DNA of 64,000 bases. It comes from an uncultured bacterium (GTDB lineage Bacteria > Oederibacteriota > JAAXVQ01 > JAUVAV01). A program made the position numbers and the translations under genes. The stretch lies in contig CAVQBK010000003.1 in the NCBI GenBank assembly GCA_963710755.1, positions 896,001 to 960,000 of the forward strand, given 5' to 3'. The notes under the pieces were generated by a model, which worked only from the letters and a program-made list of their open reading frames with translations, made no database searches and was not told the DNA's origin. This document shows, piece by piece, positions 60,086 to 64,000 of this stretch; position 1 is the first letter of the stretch, and each line of letters opens with the position of its first letter.

Positions 60086-60460
60086 ATGAGCAAGTACAGG
60101 ATCATGGTGGTTGATGATGAGCCGGACATCGTTAAGCTGGTTAAGATCTCCCTGGAGATGGCCAACTTTGAGGTGATTGAAGCCTATTCGGGTGTGGAAG
60201 CTTTGGAAAAAGTGAAGAGCATTATCCCCGATCTTTTTCTGCTCGATATCATGATGCCCGATATGAATGGTTATCAAGTGTGTGAAAAATTAAAAGCCAA
60301 CGACAAAACCAAGAGCATTCCCGTAGTTATGCTCACAGCCAAGGGCCAGCGGGGTGATGCTGAGCAAGGCCTCAAGGTCGGGGCCGATGATTATATTATC
60401 AAGCCCTTTGACCCTTATGAGTTGGGAGAGCAAATTTCAGAAATCCTTAATAATGCCTAG
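60086..60460 (+). CDS. Single-domain response regulator (REC)
   Basis: 'VVDDE', 'LLDIMMP..NG', 'MLTAK', 'GADDYI.KPF'. Confidence 0.95.
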   Translation: MSKYRIMVVDDEPDIVKLVKISLEMANFEVIEAYSGVEALEKVKSIIPDLFLLDIMMPDMNGYQVCEKLKANDKTKSIPVVMLTAKGQRGDAEQGLKVGADDYIIKPFDPYELGEQISEILNNA

Positions 60461-60474
60461 CCTTTTTAATTGGC

Positions 60475-60586
60475 GAAAAAATAGCGAACAAAATAAGAAA
60501 AGTATTGACAAATATGACAGGGATCATTAGAATTTAATCAATGAAAGAAAGTCATTTTTTTTAATGTCGATGTTCGCCTTTTGTTC
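60475..60586 (+). promoter_or_regulatory. dinB promoter with direct-repeat SOS-like boxes
   Basis: TTGACA (60505) - 17 bp - TAGAAT (60528); GAAA-N7-GAAC-N7-GAAA (60475-60500) and GTTC-N7-GTTC (60572-60586). Confidence 0.6.
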
Positions 60587-60617
60587 GATTGAAATCTTGG
60601 GGTAGTGGCAAAGGACT

Positions 60618-61790
60618 ATGATGGCACACATGATTTTTCATCTTGATCTCGATGTTTTTTTTGTGGCGGTCGAGCGCTTGCTCGATCCTAGCTTGGAGGG
60701 CAAAGCCGTGATCGTTTCTCCGGGCACGGCCAGAAGCGTGGTGGCCACAGCCTCCTATGAGGCCCGCCGCTTTGGTGTTTATTCCGCCCAGCCTTTGGCG
60801 TTGGCCCGCAGGCTTTGTCCTCAGGCTGTGATTTGTCCCGGCCATTTCAAAGACTACCAGCACTATTCAAGGGCCTTTTTCCAAATTTTACGAAATTATT
60901 CTCCCCTGCTTGAACCGGCTTCGCTTGACGAAGCCTACCTGGATTACACGGGGTGTGAACAGCTTTTCGGTGCGCCTTTGGCCGGCGCCGCAGCCATTCA
61001 AAAGCAGGTGAAAGAAAAACTGGGCCTCGATGTCAGCGTGGGGGTGGCTACATCCAAAGTAACCGCCAAGATCGCTTCTGATTTGGCCAAGCCAGCCGGT
61101 CTATTGATGGTCTGCCCCGGACAGGAGACTGCTTTTTTAAGCCCTTTGCCCATCCGGCGTCTGCCTGGTGTGGGACCCAAAAGTGAGCCGCGCATGAAGA
61201 CCTTGGGACTTCACCGTATCGGGGATCTGATGAAGGTGCCGCCCGCATTTTTAAGCAGGGCCTTTGGCAGTCAGGGACCGTGGCTGCAGCAGCTGGCGCA
61301 AGGGCAGGATGACAGCCCGGTCAGGCCCCGGGCCGCAGCCAAGTCCATTGGTCATGAAGAAACGTTTTTGGAAGATGTGACGGACCCTGAAAAACTCCGT
61401 CATGCCCTGCAGCGCCTGACTTGCGAGGTAGGGTACCGTCTGCGCAAGCATGGGTTTAAGGCGCGCACCATCAGCGTCAAGATCCGTTATGCGGACTTCT
61501 CTTTGCATGGCCATGCCAAAACCCTGGACAGTGCCACCAATGTGGACCGCCTGCTTTTTGAGACAGCGCAGGAATTGCTCGCGCAACTATGGGCACGGCG
61601 AGTGAGGATACGACTGTTGGGTATAACGGCCCGCAATCTGGAACACGCGCCCGATCAATTACAACTCTTCAGCAGCTGCCGTCATGCGGCCTGGGAACGG
61701 CTGCACGCTGCGGCTGATCAGGTCAAACGGCGCTATGGCTATGACAGCCTGCGCCCTGCCAGCCTGCTGCGGCAGGACGCGGAAGGGTAG
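60618..61790 (+). CDS. dinB: DNA polymerase IV
   Basis: 'HLDLD.FF.AVE', 'ASYEAR.FGV.SA', 'SLDEAYLD', 'AKIASD..KP.G', 'LPGVG', 'KSIG.E.TF', 'RLLG'. Confidence 0.95.
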   Translation: MMAHMIFHLDLDVFFVAVERLLDPSLEGKAVIVSPGTARSVVATASYEARRFGVYSAQPLALARRLCPQAVICPGHFKDYQHYSRAFFQILRNYSPLLEPASLDEAYLDYTGCEQLFGAPLAGAAAIQKQVKEKLGLDVSVGVATSKVTAKIASDLAKPAGLLMVCPGQETAFLSPLPIRRLPGVGPKSEPRMKTLGLHRIGDLMKVPPAFLSRAFGSQGPWLQQLAQGQDDSPVRPRAAAKSIGHEETFLEDVTDPEKLRHALQRLTCEVGYRLRKHGFKARTISVKIRYADFSLHGHAKTLDSATNVDRLLFETAQELLAQLWARRVRIRLLGITARNLEHAPDQLQLFSSCRHAAWERLHAAADQVKRRYGYDSLRPASLLRQDAEG

Positions 61791-61820
61791 GATCGCCGCG
61801 AGGAGGTCAACGATGCTGAT

Positions 61821-61845
61821 GCAGGGAACGGTCGCGACCATTCCC
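61821..61845. repeat. GTAG-type REP-like palindrome (degenerate)
   Basis: gcagggaacggtcgcgaccattccc; related copy at 62243-62272. Confidence 0.55.
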
Positions 61846-61900
61846 GGGGGACAGAGGGGCTTTAGCAAGAGGGAACCCATTTCAGGCAGGAGGAAAAGTC

Positions 61901-62182
61901 ATGTCCCCGGAAACCAAGAGCAAAGGCTATGTGTTTATCATGGCCGACCGCGGTAATAACATGATTGCCATGGACGTTACCGCTGATTTAAAGAAAAAAA
62001 TGGCCGGCTACAAGAAAATCACGCAAAGCATCAAATTGGTTTATTACGAGCCCTTCGCCAAACACCATCACGCCGTTAAAAGGCTGGCGGATCTCTCGTC
62101 TTTGCCCAAGAAACAAAAATTCGAACTCATCACCCGTCACAATCCCGATTGGCATGATCTGACGAAGGCGTTAGAGGGGTGA
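61901..62182 (+). CDS. Degenerate GIY-YIG (UPF0213-like) protein
   Basis: 'GYVFIM', 'VT.DL', 'KLVYYE.F', 'LI...NP.W.DL' are retained but catalytic positions are substituted; RBS aggagg. Confidence 0.65.
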   Translation: MSPETKSKGYVFIMADRGNNMIAMDVTADLKKKMAGYKKITQSIKLVYYEPFAKHHHAVKRLADLSSLPKKQKFELITRHNPDWHDLTKALEG

Positions 62183-62242
62183 TAAAAGCCGGGCAGCAAT
62201 CACAACTCGTTAAAAATAAAATATGATGGTAACATCCAAATT

Positions 62243-62272
62243 GCAGGGAATACGGTTGCGACCGCTCCCTAC
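62243..62272. repeat. GTAG-type REP-like palindrome (degenerate)
   Basis: gcagggaatacggttgcgaccgctccctac; the reverse complement begins GTAGGGAGCGGTCGC. Confidence 0.55.
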
Positions 62273-62377
62273 GACGACAGATGCCGGTCTGGTGTGTAGG
62301 GACAGGTCTTGTGTTTGCCCAGGAGTGGAAAAAATGATTTCCCATAACAGCGGATCATCAACGAAAGGAGAATCACA

Positions 62378-62557
62378 ATGAAAGTGGCTTTTTTACTGGA
62401 CGCAGGCCTATCGATACCATTTACAGGGAACAGTACCAAAAGCATTACCGATCATATCCTGTCAGGTAAGGATGTTCACAGGGATACAAATCAGCTGAGA
62501 GCATGCCGGAATGACGAGTTTGACATCTGGTTGGCAGAGGTTATTGTGAGCCATTGA
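62378..62557 (+). pseudogene. Short ORF resembling the N-terminus of a SIR2-like domain protein (remnant)
   Basis: RBS aaggag; MKVAFLLDAGLSIPFTGNSTKSITDHILSG... resembles the SIR2-like start 'FL.GAG.S.P....T..IT'; only 59 aa. Confidence 0.4.
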
Positions 62558-62616
62558 CGGATAATCGGCAGTAGCTTAAGATAGGTCGTCAATGAAAACA
62601 GAAAAGGCGGCACGAG

Positions 62617-63015
62617 ATGACACCAAAAGATATCCGCTGGCAGCAGCGGTTTCAGAATTACCAAAAGGCTTTTGCCCATTTAAAAGCCGCGGTGGAAAAA
62701 CAAACACTTTCCGATCTGGAAAAAGCCGGGCTGATCCAGATTTATGAATTTACCTTTGAACTGGCCTGGAAGACATTGAAAGATTATTTGGAAGAGAAAA
62801 AAGTGGATGTCAAATTTCCCAAAGATACGATCAAAGAAGCTTTTAAATATGAATTGATCGAAGACGGTGATACCTGGATGGACATGTTGGAAAAACGCAA
62901 CCTTATGGCTCATACTTACAATGAAACCAGCGCGGAACTGGCCTATCGTTTGATCGTTGATCATTATTACCAGGTGTTGGAACAACTGACAGGCAGGCTG
63001 AAAAGGGAAGCATGA
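62617..63015 (+). CDS. HEPN-type nucleotidyltransferase substrate-binding protein (HI0074 family; putative toxin)
   Basis: 'RWQQRFQNY.KA', 'GLIQ.YEFTFELAWKTLKDYL'; R-X4-H motif 'RNLMAHTY'. Confidence 0.9.
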   Translation: MTPKDIRWQQRFQNYQKAFAHLKAAVEKQTLSDLEKAGLIQIYEFTFELAWKTLKDYLEEKKVDVKFPKDTIKEAFKYELIEDGDTWMDMLEKRNLMAHTYNETSAELAYRLIVDHYYQVLEQLTGRLKREA

Positions 63016-63332
63016 ACAACACTTTCGGTATTTCCGACAAATCCTACGACCTTATGATTAAGGCGCTGTCCAGCTATGACCAGCTGGAAGAAGTGCTTAT
63101 CTTCGGCAGCCGTGCCAAAGGCAGCTACAAGCATGGCAGTGATATTGATCTGGCCGTTAAAGGCGAGGGAAGTTCACCGCAGTTGGCGTTGGACATCAAA
63201 AGCCGGCTTAACGAAGCGCTGCCCATACCCTATCATGTGGATGTGGTGGATTATTATTCCTTGAAACAGCCCGAGCTGAAAGAACACATCGACCGGGTCG
63301 GAAAAGTGATCTATATGAGAAAGGCTCCTTAG
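63012..63332 (+). CDS. Minimal nucleotidyltransferase (MNT; putative antitoxin)
   Basis: 'IFGSRAKG.YK.GSDIDLA', 'PY.VDV', 'L.EHI.RVG'; ATGA overlap with the HEPN gene. Confidence 0.9.
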   Translation: MNNTFGISDKSYDLMIKALSSYDQLEEVLIFGSRAKGSYKHGSDIDLAVKGEGSSPQLALDIKSRLNEALPIPYHVDVVDYYSLKQPELKEHIDRVGKVIYMRKAP

Positions 63333-63454
63333 GGTAAGCGGAGGCAGGCCCTGCGTCTGTCCGGAAGTTATGGAAGTCAATCGGGGGACCGTATTTTTTG
63401 AGAAAGTGCCGGCATTAAGGTGCCCGCTTTTCTCAGAGCGAGGTCCCTTTTTTG

Positions 63455-64000
63455 ATGTTTATTCATCTCCATGTACACAGCTATTTTTCCTTTCTCGAAG
63501 GCGGGTCGTCGCCGGAGGTCTTGTGCGAAACGGCCCGTGCCTTGGGTTGTCAATCCCTGGCCCTGACCGACACCAACGGGCTCTACGGGGCCATGCGCTT
63601 TCTCAAGGCCTGCCGTAAAAATAACCTTCATCCCATTTTTGGCGCGCAGATCACCACCAGCCTGCCGGCGCGCTGGCAGGAGCCCTATGCCCTGGTGCTG
63701 GCCAAAGACAATCAGGGCTACAGCGAGCTGTGCCGGCTTATTACCAGCCGACAGCTTGATGCGGACTTTGAGCTGGCCCAAGCCCTGGCGTCATGCACCA
63801 CTCATGTGCTGGTGCTGGTCTCAACTCTGGCCTTGGCCAAAGCCATCAAGCAGCTCGGCAAAGGTCAGGGACTCTATCTGGCAATACAGGATCAGGCGCA
63901 GCGGCCGGATCAGGGCCGCCTGGAGTTAACCATTCAGCAGGCCAGCCAGGCCGGCGTGGCCACGGTCTTCACTCACCCTGTTTATTTCGCCACTGAGCAT
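63455..64000 (+). CDS. DNA polymerase III alpha subunit (probably DnaE2-type), partial: runs off the window
   Basis: Not in the ORF track because it has no stop in the window. ATG at 63455 reads MFIHLHVHSYFSFLEGGSSPE...ALTDTNGLYGAMRF...PIFGAQI...LAKDNQGY..LC.LIT (PHP domain); open to 64000. Confidence 0.85.
   Translation, partial: MFIHLHVHSYFSFLEGGSSPEVLCETARALGCQSLALTDTNGLYGAMRFLKACRKNNLHPIFGAQITTSLPARWQEPYALVLAKDNQGYSELCRLITSRQLDADFELAQALASCTTHVLVLVSTLALAKAIKQLGKGQGLYLAIQDQAQRPDQGRLELTIQQASQAGVATVFTHPVYFATEH

Overview
Bacterial chromosomal window from a probable diderm, since it carries GT9/WaaL-type genes and a DUF3078 outer-membrane protein; the lineage cannot be fixed from sequence alone. 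1-20.3 kb is a surface-glycan (LPS/EPS) cluster: flippase, GT2/GT4/GT9/GT39, a WaaL/Wzy-methyltransferase fusion, WcaJ, an epimerase and an NDP-sugar synthase. It is interrupted by a composite IS1182-type element (DUF559 nuclease plus a nonsense-inactivated transposase inside two nested inverted-repeat pairs) and a Fic gene. 20.3-25.4 kb is a sulfur-related block: gloB, a RuBisCO-like protein fused to a cupin, and SQR-TusE-DsrE2. 25.5-34.4 kb holds housekeeping and hypothetical genes. 34.8-58.5 kb is the conserved mreBCD-mrdA-rodA-radical SAM-rng ... rplU-rpmA-obgE-proB-proA-nadD cluster, split by an ~8 kb insert that contains a single-ORF fusion of serine palmitoyltransferase and a bacterial ceramide-synthase-like GNAT domain. 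58.5-64 kb holds a DUF4388/membrane/response-regulator module and a dinB...dnaE(2) mutagenesis cassette with GTTC-N7-GTTC-type boxes, REP-like palindromes, a degenerate GIY-YIG, a SIR2-like remnant and a HEPN/MNT pair. All family calls come from motif recognition by eye; no database searches were run.
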